Assembly (NCBI GenBank): GCA_963779495.1
Contig: CAVZYM010000004.1
Location: forward strand, 492,298-556,297
DNA from: an uncultured Pseudomonadota bacterium
GTDB lineage: Bacteria; Myxococcota_A; Polyangia; Fen-1088
Direction: 5' to 3'
Length of the DNA: 64,000 bases
The notes beneath the pieces are model-generated. The model had not been told where the DNA came from and did not search any database. It saw nothing but the letters and a program-made list of their open reading frames with translations. Position numbers and translations under genes: made by a program. Each line of letters opens with the position of its first letter. Position 1 is the first letter of the stretch. Shown here one piece after another: positions 53,829 through 64,000 of the stretch.

Positions 53829-55207
53829 CGTCCGGCCATCTTCAGCAGCGGGATCGCCACCAGAGACCCAACCAGCCGGGCCAGGTTGCCGACGCGTCCG
53901 GGGACCTGGCGTGTCTTGCCGTCGCGGGCGACCGCGACCACCTTGCCGAGAATCTCGTAGCGGCGGTGGTTCTCGAACTTTTCGATGCGCGCCACGGAAT
54001 CCCCCTTGGTGATGAAGGTGGCCGCCCCGCCCCTCAGGTCGGGGACGCGGGCCACGAGTCGGTGACAGACCAGCAGGTCGTCTTCAGGCGATCGTCCGGG
54101 GCTCCAGTAGAGGAGGATGTCCCCCGCGTTCATCTCGTCCTCCTTCAGCGTCTGGATGAACAGCGAGTCACCCGGCTTCAGCCAGGGGCGCATGCTGGTC
54201 CCCTTTGAATGCGACGCGTAGGTCTTGTGTTTACGCAGGAAGGCCCGGAAGTCGGAGATCATCTCCCGTTCGCTGGCGGGCGGGACTTTGCGGTGGGTCT
54301 CGGGCCCGAGGTGCGGTCCCAGTTTGCGGAAGATGTCGGCGGTGCCGACGTTGCGGGTCAGGCTCGCCTCGACGCAGCGGACCTCGGAGCAGAGCTGGAT
54401 CGCCAGGGGCAGGTTGCGCGCGACCGAGGCGGGGTCGCTGACGAAGGAGAGGAAGCAGCCGAGCAAGCGCAGCGTCGCTTCCGCCGATACGATCGGTGTC
54501 ATCGTCACCGTGTCGCGGGGCGACTGGGCCAGGAAGGCCAGCGTGCGCAGCGGCCAGCTGCGCATCGAGATGCCGCCGCGCGCGAAGTCGCCCCAGAAGG
54601 GCGTCCCCGAAACCCGCCAGCCATCGTCGGTACGCCGCACCGCCACCAGCTCGTCGGAGAGCACGTCGTCTGCGTCGGGGGCCTTGCGGGCCAGGGTGCT
54701 CTTGCCGGCGCCGCTGCGGCCGGGGAACACGACGCCGATCTCGGCATGCCGCAGGCCGCAGCTGTGGATCAGCATCCCGCCGACCCGCGGCAGCAGCGTC
54801 GACCAGATCACGCGGAGGATGCAGTCGACCGCGACGGGGCTCAGGGCGCAGCGTCCCTCGCCGCGAAACAGCGGCAGCCGCTTGCGTCCGGGCGCTGCCG
54901 TGAGGCGCACCTTCACGTCCCAGCGGTCGATGGCCAGCTTCGTGTCCGACGCCGTGACCGTCAGCGGTTTCTCGGCGGGGCCGGGGGCTCGCTTGCCGGG
55001 CGGAACCGCCGATTCGAAGGTCAGGCGCAACGCGAAGCCGCGTTCGACGATCGCGGCGGACGGCATCTCGAACGCGCCGTATCGGGCGCGGAGCTGTTCC
55101 ATGAATGTCGATGGGGCACCGACCAGTTCCAGGTGCCCGACGATGCCGCCGATCGAGAGCGTCAGCTCCTCCACGGGTTGGCGGCGAGAACGCGAGGAGG
55201 TCGTCAT
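53825..55207 (-). CDS. fusion of HprK-related P-loop kinase and S24/S26 serine peptidase
   Basis: IHSCG...FPGRSGAGKST...LSDE...GTPF (HprK-like); GTSMRPWLKPGD...HRLV...ITKGD...ILGKV (S26, Ser/His); continuous ORF. Confidence 0.85.
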   Translation of the reverse strand: MTTSSRSRRQPVEELTLSIGGIVGHLELVGAPSTFMEQLRARYGAFEMPSAAIVERGFALRLTFESAVPPGKRAPGPAEKPLTVTASDTKLAIDRWDVKVRLTAAPGRKRLPLFRGEGRCALSPVAVDCILRVIWSTLLPRVGGMLIHSCGLRHAEIGVVFPGRSGAGKSTLARKAPDADDVLSDELVAVRRTDDGWRVSGTPFWGDFARGGISMRSWPLRTLAFLAQSPRDTVTMTPIVSAEATLRLLGCFLSFVSDPASVARNLPLAIQLCSEVRCVEASLTRNVGTADIFRKLGPHLGPETHRKVPPASEREMISDFRAFLRKHKTYASHSKGTSMRPWLKPGDSLFIQTLKEDEMNAGDILLYWSPGRSPEDDLLVCHRLVARVPDLRGGAATFITKGDSVARIEKFENHRRYEILGKVVAVARDGKTRQVPGRVGNLARLVGSLVAIPLLKMAGR

Positions 55208-55365
55208 GACGTGGTGAAGCCCTGATCCGCGCACTGCTCCATGCCTATGTCGTTCTTGAGGCAGGCAAGGCTGTTCGACTCGAACAGCTGCCCGGTCTTG
55301 ACGCGCGGTCGCTGCCAGGCCTTCTTGCGCCGGGGCGGCTTTCGCTGCTGGGGTTTCTCTGCCAC
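55204..55365 (-). CDS. putative RiPP precursor peptide, 53 aa (MAEKPQQRKPPRRKKAWQRPRVKTGQLFESNSLACLKNDIGMEQCADQGFTTS)
   Basis: AAAGGA RBS before GTG 55365; WxxPxV RRE-binding leader motif; two Cys; stop overlaps kinase ATG. Confidence 0.8.
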   Translation of the reverse strand: MAEKPQQRKPPRRKKAWQRPRVKTGQLFESNSLACLKNDIGMEQCADQGFTTS

Positions 55366-55378
55366 GTCGGTCCTTTCT

Positions 55379-55978
55379 CTATTCGAGCTTGTCCAGCGCG
55401 CCCTTGGCCGCCACCCGCACGTCGCCCGCCGGATCCTTGGCGTGAACATGTCTGAGCTCGGCCAGCGCGTGTCGGGTAACCATGTGTCCGTTCGTCGTCT
55501 CGGCCAGTTCTCCGAGCGCCCACGCCGCGTTCTGGCGAACGTAGGGGCTCTTGTCGACCAGCAGGCGCTCGAAGAGCTCGGCCTGGTCCGACGACTTGAA
55601 CTTCCCGAGCACCCGGGTGCAGAACGCCCGCACCCGCTGGTCGCCGTCGGTCTCGGCGCAGGTCACCAGGGCCGGCGTGTAGCGCGCGGGCGTCCCGGTG
55701 AACTCTCGATCCAGGGCCAGCACGGTGTCGGCGTCGCGAACCAGGATCGCGTTGCGCCAGGACGACATCGCGGTCTCCACCCGTTTGGCTATCTCTTCAG
55801 GAGTGGCCGGAGGGGGCGGGGAGAGGTCGCGGGCGTGAAAGCCGCCGAAGCCCGGGCCCTCGGCCTCGCCGCCGGCCGCGCGCTGACGCGGGCCGGTCGA
55901 ACGGAGCGCGAACAGCCCAGCGCCCGTCACAGCAATCAACAGCCCGGCCGCGAGCCACGTCTTATCCCTCTTGGACAT
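55379..55978 (-). CDS. HEAT-repeat protein with N-terminal TM anchor
   Basis: D..RVRAF..RVLG, D.SPYVRQNAAWALG, D..DVRVAA..AL repeats. Confidence 0.82.
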   Translation of the reverse strand: MSKRDKTWLAAGLLIAVTGAGLFALRSTGPRQRAAGGEAEGPGFGGFHARDLSPPPPATPEEIAKRVETAMSSWRNAILVRDADTVLALDREFTGTPARYTPALVTCAETDGDQRVRAFCTRVLGKFKSSDQAELFERLLVDKSPYVRQNAAWALGELAETTNGHMVTRHALAELRHVHAKDPAGDVRVAAKGALDKLE

Positions 55979-56143
55979 GCGATCTGAATCAACCAGCGTT
56001 CAGGCCGATTCCTCATATCTTATCGTCTGTTGCGCCGGACGCACAATTTCCCTCACGCTCCTTCATCGACCCTTCGGAACGGGACTTGAATGGGCTCAGC
56101 CGCTGGGTGGCGGGCGGTTTCGTGCTACAAAACCTCGCCTCGA

Positions 56144-56217
<74 letters not shown>

Positions 56218-56275
56218 CATTGCGGCGTTCGAAAGTCGGATCTATAGACAGGACGAAGCTCATCGAGATCACGAA

Positions 56276-56668
56276 ATGGCGCTCGGCCGGCACCCCCGTC
56301 CCGCAGTCTTGGTCGTCGAAGACGACCGCGACGTCGCGATGACCATAAACGACGTGGTCGAAGAGCGGGGCTATCGCGCGATCTGCGTGGCCAACGGCCG
56401 GGAGGCGCTTTCGGCGCTGGAGGCGGAACGCCCGGCCCTGATGCTTGTCGATATGTTCATGCCGGTGATGAACGGAGCCGAGTTCTTGAAGGTCGTGAAG
56501 CAGACGCCGAAGCTGGCGTCGATACCCCGCGTCATCATGACCGCCGCCAACGACCCGATGATCGGCATCAAGGAGGACGTGACCGTTCTCTACAAGCCGG
56601 TCGATTTCGATGCGCTGAACCGGTTGCTCGCCCGTTATTGCGAGCCGCCGCAGGCGCAGACGCGATGA
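56276..56668 (+). CDS. single-domain response regulator receiver
   Basis: VLVVEDD, LVDMFMPVMNG, IMTA, KPVD. Confidence 0.92.
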   Translation: MALGRHPRPAVLVVEDDRDVAMTINDVVEERGYRAICVANGREALSALEAERPALMLVDMFMPVMNGAEFLKVVKQTPKLASIPRVIMTAANDPMIGIKEDVTVLYKPVDFDALNRLLARYCEPPQAQTR

Positions 56669-57864
56669 TTTTCCGCAGGGGGGCGCTGCTCCTCGTTGCG
56701 CCGTTGGTCGCGCCCTTGGTCGGTCTGCTGGCCGGGGCGGGTGGCTGCCGCCGCGACGCCGGGCTGGGGCCGGCCGACTCGTTCCTGGTCTATGCGCCGG
56801 CGCCGGCGGAGGGGGGAGGCCTGCGACGTTCGGGAGCCAACCTGCCGGTGGTCGAGCCGATGGCGCCCGACGATCCGCGCGCGGAGCCGGTCTTCAAGCA
56901 GCTGGCGGTGGGGTTCGCGGCCGAGGTGCTGCGGACCGATTACCTCGCCAAGCAGCTGGTGCGCGATGCCGATGTCGGGGGCCGCCGCTATCCCGAGGCG
57001 GCGCGCGCCAGCGCCCGGCAGCCGACCGTGCTGCTGGTGGGCGGGCCCCGCGACGAGGCGCCCGCCGCGGGTCGCGGCCTTGCCCTGCGCGCGATGTTCG
57101 GGCGGACCGACGAGCACCCGGGCGTCGTCTGGATTCCCCTCGACGCTTACCCCGATCACGACCGCGCCCTGGCCCAGACCCTGACCGGGCAGCTCGGTGC
57201 CGCGGCCGCCACACGGGTGGCCGGCGAGACGGCGCCGAAGGCCCTGATCGCAGGCTACGCCCAGGCGCTGGAGGTGATCGCGCGTGAGTGGCGGGTAGGA
57301 GAGGGGCCCGCCGGGGCGCTTCCCGCCGACGCCGGCACCGCCACCCAGCGGGAGCTGTTCGCCGCCGTTCGCGAGAACCGGTTCGCGCTGACGGCCGGTG
57401 GCGCGCCGCGCCCGCCGGTCGAGCAGCTGGCGGATCCTGGGCTGACGGCGACGGTGCTCTACCGCCTCGCCCAGTCGAAGGCGGTCGGCCGCAAGGTCGC
57501 GGGACCGGAGGTCTACGCACCGTTCGTGACCGACCGGGTCCCCCCGGGCGTGAGCCCGGCCGCGGTGCTGGGGCCGTTCCGCAACTTCCAGGCGAAGCTG
57601 CTCTCGGCCTGGGGGCGGGCGGTGCTGGAGGGGCGGCCGCCCCGCGACATCGCCGATCTGGTCGACGCCTACGCGCGGGCGCTGCCCGCCGAGAAGGCGG
57701 AGGTCATTCGCATCTTCGTGATCACGACCTACGGGGCGACGGTGAAGGCAGGCGGCATCCAGCCTCCGACGGGGGACGCCGGGGGAGCCCTCGCCGCGCT
57801 GACCGCGGTCGCTGCCGAGGTAGCGGCCGGGAAGCTGTCGACGCGCGCCGCGGCGCAGCCCTAG
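56665..57864 (+). CDS. hypothetical lipoprotein
   Basis: Hydrophobic N-terminus ending AGGC; ATGA overlap with receiver gene. Confidence 0.68.
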   Translation: MIFRRGALLLVAPLVAPLVGLLAGAGGCRRDAGLGPADSFLVYAPAPAEGGGLRRSGANLPVVEPMAPDDPRAEPVFKQLAVGFAAEVLRTDYLAKQLVRDADVGGRRYPEAARASARQPTVLLVGGPRDEAPAAGRGLALRAMFGRTDEHPGVVWIPLDAYPDHDRALAQTLTGQLGAAAATRVAGETAPKALIAGYAQALEVIAREWRVGEGPAGALPADAGTATQRELFAAVRENRFALTAGGAPRPPVEQLADPGLTATVLYRLAQSKAVGRKVAGPEVYAPFVTDRVPPGVSPAAVLGPFRNFQAKLLSAWGRAVLEGRPPRDIADLVDAYARALPAEKAEVIRIFVITTYGATVKAGGIQPPTGDAGGALAALTAVAAEVAAGKLSTRAAAQP

Positions 57865-57915
57865 CGCCGGGGGTCGACAACCGCCCCGACCTTTCTGGTA
57901 GATTCCCGCGCCTCC

Positions 57916-58865
57916 ATGGCTTCTTTCTGGCAGGGTCGCCGCACGCTGGTCACCGGCGGCGCCGGTTTCCTCGGGAGTTTCGTCGTCGACCGACTGCGCG
58001 CCGCGGGCGCGCTGGTGGTCGTCCCTCGCTCGGCGGAGTACGACCTGGTCGATCGCGGCGCGGTCCGCCGCCTGCTCGCCGATGCCAAGCCGGACCTGGT
58101 GATCCACCTGGCGGCGCGGGTCGGCGGGATCGGCGCCAATCGCGAAAATCCGGGGCGCTACCTGTTCGAGAACGCGATGATGGGGCTGCAGCTGTTCGAG
58201 GAGTGCCGGCTGGCCCGCGTCGCCAAGCTGGTGGCGGCCGGAACGATCTGCGCCTACCCGAAGTTCGCGCCGATACCGTTCAAGGAAGACGACCTCTGGA
58301 ACGGCTACCCGGAGGAGACCAACGCGCCGTACGGCATCGCCAAGAAGATCATGCTGGTCCAGTCCGAGGCCTACCGCGCGCAATACGGCCTGAACAGCGT
58401 GGTCTTGTTCCCGGTCAACCTCTACGGCCCGCGCGACAACTTCGATCTGCAGTCGTCGCACGTCATCCCGGCGATGGTCCGGAAGTTCGTGGGCGCGCGC
58501 GAGCGGGGTGAGCCCGAGGTGACGCTGTGGGGCGACGGCTCGCCGACGCGGGAGTTCCTGTACGTCGAGGACGCCGCCGAGGGGATCGTACTGGCGGCCG
58601 AGCGCTACGACGCGAGCGATCCGGTCAACCTGGGGAGTGGGCGCGAGATCGCGATCCGCGACCTGGCCCAGGAGATCGCCCGCGCCGCGCGCTTCACCGG
58701 TCGTTTCATCTGGGACACCAGCAAGCCGAACGGGCAGCCGCGGCGGCGCCTCGACGTCACCCGGGCGCGTGAGCGCTTCGGGTTCGAGGCCAAGACGCCC
58801 TTCGACAAGGGGCTGGCCGCGACCGTGGCCTACTACGAACAGCACCAAAAGGAGATCGAGACCAA

Positions 58866-58869
<4 letters not shown>
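57916..58869 (+). CDS. fcl: GDP-L-fucose synthase
   Basis: [56 protein letters not shown]. Confidence 0.94.
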
Positions 58870-59876
<1,007 letters not shown>

Positions 59877-59905
59877 CGCGACGCGGGCGCCGCGCCACCC
59901 ACCTG

Positions 59906-60874
59906 TCAGCGGGGGGCGCGGGCGGCCCAGGCGCGGTTGTCACGGTACCAGGCGACCGTCTCCGCGAGCCCGTGCTCGAAGTCGCGGCGCGGTCGCCAGC
60001 CGAGGCGCTCGCGCAGCTTGCGCGGGTTTGTGGCGTAGCGACGGTCGTGGCCGAGCCGATCGGGGACGTGCCTGATCAGGCGCTCGTCGCCGCCGGTCAG
60101 CCGCAAGATGGCGCGCACGACCTCCAGGTTCGTCCGTTCGGTCTCGGCGCCGACGTTGTAGACCTCCCCGGCGCGCCCGCGCAGCAGGATGGTGTCGAGC
60201 GCCTCGCAGTGGTCGTCGACGTGAATCCAGTCGCGGACCTGCCGCCCGTCGCCGTAAACCGGCAGCGGCCTGCCGTCGAGCGCGTTCAGGATCATGAGCG
60301 GGATCAGCTTCTCGGGATACTGCCGGGGGCCGTAGTTGTTACAGGCGCGGGCGATCACCACGTCCATCGCGAAGGTGTGGTGGTAGGCGAGCACGAAGCC
60401 GTCGGCGGCGGCCTTGCTGGCGGCGTAGGGGTTGCGCGGCGCCAGCGGGCTCGCCTCGTCGAACGCCCCCTCGGCGGGCAGCGTGCCGTAGACCTCGTCG
60501 GTCGACACCTGCAGGAACCGGCCGACCCGGGCCGCGCGCGCCGCCTCCAGCAGCTGCACCGTCCCGGCGACGTTGCTGGCCACGAACGGTGCCGCCGCGG
60601 CGAGGCTGCGGTCGACGTGGCTCTCGGCCGCCAGGTTGACGACCGCGTCGATAGCGTGGTCGCGCATCAGCCCCAGCATCGCGTCGCCGTCGCGGATGTC
60701 GGCGTGAACGAAGAGGTGCCCCGCGTCGGCGTCCAGGTCGCGCAGGTTGTCGCGATTGCCGGCGTAGGTCAGCGCATCGACCGTGACGACCCGATCCGCG
60801 GGACGGGCGCTGCGCGCGCGCCGGACGTAGGCCGACCCGATGAATCCGGCGCCGCCGGTGATCAGCAAATTCAT
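59906..60874 (-). CDS. rfbB: dTDP-glucose 4,6-dehydratase
   Basis: TGGAGFIG, DALTYAG, AAESHVDRS, STDEVYG, YAASK, NNYGPRQYPEKLIP, DRLGHDRRY. Confidence 0.95.
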   Translation of the reverse strand: MNLLITGGAGFIGSAYVRRARSARPADRVVTVDALTYAGNRDNLRDLDADAGHLFVHADIRDGDAMLGLMRDHAIDAVVNLAAESHVDRSLAAAAPFVASNVAGTVQLLEAARAARVGRFLQVSTDEVYGTLPAEGAFDEASPLAPRNPYAASKAAADGFVLAYHHTFAMDVVIARACNNYGPRQYPEKLIPLMILNALDGRPLPVYGDGRQVRDWIHVDDHCEALDTILLRGRAGEVYNVGAETERTNLEVVRAILRLTGGDERLIRHVPDRLGHDRRYATNPRKLRERLGWRPRRDFEHGLAETVAWYRDNRAWAARAPR

Positions 60875-60949
60875 GCCCATCGCGTCGAATTATCTCAATT
60901 AACTGCCGCCGACGCGTGTCCATCATGGGACGTGGCATCATCGGTGGGG

Positions 60950-62661
60950 ATGGGGCGGCGCGGGGTCGGCTCGGCTCTCGGGACCGAATGGTGGCGAATG
61001 TGGCCGCGCTGGTGGCCGCGCGACTGCGGCGGCGGTGCGCCGGTCTCGCGGGGCTTCGATTCCCGGCAGCTGGTCGCGACCCGGGATTCCTCGATCCTCT
61101 TCGTGGGCCAGTGGGGACCCGACTGGGTCTACTCCACCGACAGCGGCGAAGAGCCGACGGGAAACAGCCTCCGCTACTGGGCGTTGAACCTCGAGACCGG
61201 CGAGACCCGCGAGCTCGGCGCGGAGCTCCCCGAGCTCCCGCCGTCATCCACGATGGACCGCTACCTCTGCTCCGGTTGGACGTCGTCGAGCGGCCCCGCG
61301 GGGTGGACGGGAGGCGACGCGAAGATCACCGACACGACGACAGGCGCCGAGACCGTGATCGACCGGGTCGTGGTCGGGTTCCCCGCTTGCCCGACAGACG
61401 AAAACACGGTGCTCTGGCTCTGGCGCTCGGAGCCAGACGGGAGCGTCACACTGTGGACGGGGCGCTACGACGATCTCAGGCAGGTGCCCCTGCCAATTGT
61501 CGTACGTGAGTTTCTCTACGGGGCTCCTCACGTCGTGGTGGCGACGACGGCCGACGCCCCGGAGGCGCGGGGGGCTCTATTCGATCGACCTGACCGCCCA
61601 GGGGACCATCACGCCAATCATCCCGGCCGCGCTCGGCGCCGCGGCCTGGGCCTCCGGCGCGACCCCCACGGGCGAACTGGCGTCCGGCGGCCTGGGCCCC
61701 CGAAGCGCGCCCGTCCCCTATGGCGAGGAGGGCTGCGATCTACGAACGGATGATGGCCGACGGTGGCCGAACGTTGTTCGCCGGTCCCTTCGATGACGGC
61801 GGCCCGCGCGAGCTGGCGCTGACGCGGCTGCCCGCCAGCTACCAGCTGCGGCGCCAGACGGTGCGATATCCCGACGGCCGGCACCCATTTCTCCCCGTCT
61901 GGGAGCTGGTCGACACTGCGCTCGACCAGCACTCCCTCATCGCCTGGAGCGGCGCCCGGCGGCAGTTCACGAGCTGCCCGTCGCCGTTTTTCTCCGGCGC
62001 GACCATCGGGGTCGTCGATCCGACGGGGGACTGGGCGGCGATCCTGCGCGCGCCCAGCGGGTACGGCGGCTCCGACCCGGGCCCGCTGCAGCTGATCGGT
62101 CCGGGGACCTGCGCACGGCTCGCCGACTGGGACGTCACCGCCGCCGCCTTCTCGCCCGACGGCACGGCGCTGGCGTGGGTGGTCCAGCCGCTCTCCGGCG
62201 ACGGCGCGCTCTGGCTGGCCGGCGTCGACGGCAGCGGCGCCCGCGAGGTGGGGAGCGGGCGGATCGCGAACCCCTACTTCACCGGCCCGTCGTCGCTGGA
62301 GCTGCAGCTGGGCGAGGATCTGGTCTGGTTCGACGTCCACGACGATCCGGTGCGACTGCACTACGTCCTCGAGGGCCTCGACGGAATGCCGGTGGATCTG
62401 GGTGACCACCTGATCGCGATCTACGACTACAGCAGCCAGGACGGGAACGGACGGCTCGGGCTCGTCAATCGCTGGACCGGCGAAAAGCGGCTGATCTCGT
62501 CCGACGTGACCGGGCGGGCAGTGACGGGGCCCCCCGGCGTCTCGTGGCCGGCGGCGTACGAGGAAGAGGGGCTGCGGGTCGTCTACCGGGTGCGCGGGCG
62601 CAACCCGTCGCCGCAGGACGGCATCTGGATCGCGACCATCACCGCGGACGATCTGCGCTGA
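60950..62661 (+). CDS. hypothetical (probably lipoprotein, beta-propeller-like) with several indels; start uncertain
   Basis: Consecutive GC3-rich frames: ...CGGGAPVSRGFDSRQLV..., ...YSIDL..., ...FSPDGTALAW...RNPSPQDGIWIAT*. Confidence 0.55.
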
Positions 62662-62663
62662 GG

Positions 62664-64000
62664 ATGCGGCGCGCAGGCCCCGCGGCAGGAGCGGCGCTGT
62701 TGGTCGCTGTGCTCTGCCGATCGGGTTGGGCGGGGGCCGACGGCGGGACGGACGGGGGTGGGGAAGACGCGCCCGACGGAGGGGGGGCCGAGGCGGGTCC
62801 CGTCGCCGACGCGGGTCCCGTCGCCGACGCGGGTCCCGTCGCCGACGCGGCTTCGAGCGCACCCGCGCCGCCGCCGCCCGCGCCGGCGTTGCTTCCGCTG
62901 CGGATTCGCCTGCTGGAGAAGGGGACGCAGCGCCCGCTCGGCGGCGCGACCCTGTTGCTGGACGGCGCCTTCATTGGCGACACGGACGGCGAGGGGCGGG
63001 CCGAGACGACGGCCGCCGCCGGGGGGCACACGCTGCAGGTCCAGCTCGCCGGGCACGAGCCGACGGAGGTCCGAATCGAGGCGGGGACCGAGACGCTGAT
63101 CCGACTGATGCCGCGGCTCACCGGCGACCGCTACGAGACCGTCGTACGCCCTACACGGCCAGAGGTCCCACAGATCAAGCTCGACGAGGACGAGACGCGC
63201 CGGCTCGCCGGCAGCTCGGGCGATCCCCTCCGCGCGCTCGGCTCGCTGCCCGGCGTGGCGCAGATCGCCTGGCCGGCCGCAATCTACGTGATCCGGGGCG
63301 CCAACCCGGGCAACACCGGCTTCTACCTCGACGGCGTGCGCGTTCCGGCGCTGTTCCATCTCGCGCTGGGACCGTCGGTGATTCATCCGTACCTGATCGG
63401 CGGCCTCGACTTCTACCCCGGCGGCTATCCGGCAGGGTTCGGTGGCTACGTCGGTGGCGTCGTGGCGGCGCGCTCCGCGCTCCCCTCGCTGGACCGCCTC
63501 CACCTCGCGGCCGACGTGACCCTGTACGACGCCGGCGCGCTCGCGACCGCGCCCTTCAACCACGGGCGTGGCAGCGTGGCGGCCGCCGCGCGCTACTCGT
63601 ACACGGGCGCGCTGTTCTCGCTGTTGCAGTCGGAGACGATTCTTCGCTACGGCGACTACCAGTTGCGCGTCGAGCATCCGCTGGCGGGCGGGCAGGGGAC
63701 GCTGTTCGCGTTCGGCTCGCTGGACGAGCTCGGCGGCCGCAGCCCCGCCACGTTCGAGAAGGAGTACGCGGCGCTGCAGTTCCACCGGATGGACCTGCGC
63801 TGGCGGCGTGTGGTGGGCGGCGGGCGGTTGCTCGTCGCCACGACGCTGGGCCTCGACCGGTCACGCTCGTCGCTGTTCGACCGCTCGATCGCGGTGCGGG
63901 CGCTCAGCGCCGCCCCCCGCATCGTCTACGAGCGCGCGCTCGGCGACAGGGTCGAGCTCGTGGCCGGGGCCGACGCGCTGGCGCAGCGCTTCGAGACGGA
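62664..64000 (+). CDS. TonB-dependent receptor with N-terminal carboxypeptidase-regulatory/PEGA-like domain, 3'-partial
   Basis: Signal peptide; LLEKGTQRPL; plug motifs GDPLRAL.SLPGV...IRGANPGNTGFYLDG...LFH...DFYPGGYPA.FG; no stop before window end. Confidence 0.88.
   Translation, partial: MRRAGPAAGAALLVAVLCRSGWAGADGGTDGGGEDAPDGGGAEAGPVADAGPVADAGPVADAASSAPAPPPPAPALLPLRIRLLEKGTQRPLGGATLLLDGAFIGDTDGEGRAETTAAAGGHTLQVQLAGHEPTEVRIEAGTETLIRLMPRLTGDRYETVVRPTRPEVPQIKLDEDETRRLAGSSGDPLRALGSLPGVAQIAWPAAIYVIRGANPGNTGFYLDGVRVPALFHLALGPSVIHPYLIGGLDFYPGGYPAGFGGYVGGVVAARSALPSLDRLHLAADVTLYDAGALATAPFNHGRGSVAAAARYSYTGALFSLLQSETILRYGDYQLRVEHPLAGGQGTLFAFGSLDELGGRSPATFEKEYAALQFHRMDLRWRRVVGGGRLLVATTLGLDRSRSSLFDRSIAVRALSAAPRIVYERALGDRVELVAGADALAQRFET
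62793..62846 (+). repeat. 3x 18-bp coding repeat (AGPVAD)
   Basis: GCGGGTCCCGTCGCCGAC three times in tandem. Confidence 0.85.

Noticed and set aside
55204-55365. Lasso peptide call for the precursor
   Set aside because: The leader motif is lasso-like, but no asparagine-synthetase-like cyclase or transglutaminase-like B2 protease is present in the window.

Overview
Very GC-rich bacterial chromosome segment that looks myxobacterial (Myxococcota/Polyangia-like). The evidence is a Ser/Thr kinase, PrkA, Cys-rich lipoproteins, a PEGA/TonB receptor, and an IF3 with an ATC start and C-terminal tail. Layout: (1) 1-16.6 kb, pheA-tyrA-lipoprotein-aroA, a DsbD-like protein, envelope lipoproteins, MlaC, PrkA, an S1 protease and a DAC-domain diadenylate cyclase. 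(2) 16.6-36.2 kb, a glycan locus with a dedicated transaldolase, GmhA/HddA/GmhB/HddC-like enzymes, an epimerase, a membrane GT2, five GT-C-like membrane proteins (three are close paralogs), two methyltransferases, a GH172/DUF2961 protein and an IS5-family element. (3) 36.4-52 kb, tRNA-Val-thrS-infC-[metallohydrolase + OM protein]-rpmI-rplT-pheS-pheT-ihfA-merR-tRNA-Pro-surE-pcm-M23-apt-gluQ. (4) 51.9-56 kb, a translationally coupled minus-strand RiPP-like operon: HEAT protein, 53-aa precursor, HprK-like kinase/S26 peptidase fusion, PqqD/RRE, radical SAM-SPASM and DUF402. This is the best candidate for an undescribed system. (5) 56-64 kb, tRNA-Arg, a receiver protein, fcl-gmd, rmlB, lipoproteins and a partial TonB-dependent receptor. 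Many genes, including essential ones, carry small indels. These are treated as sequencing/assembly errors, so boundaries of those genes are approximate. All family calls come from motif recognition by eye; no database searches were run.
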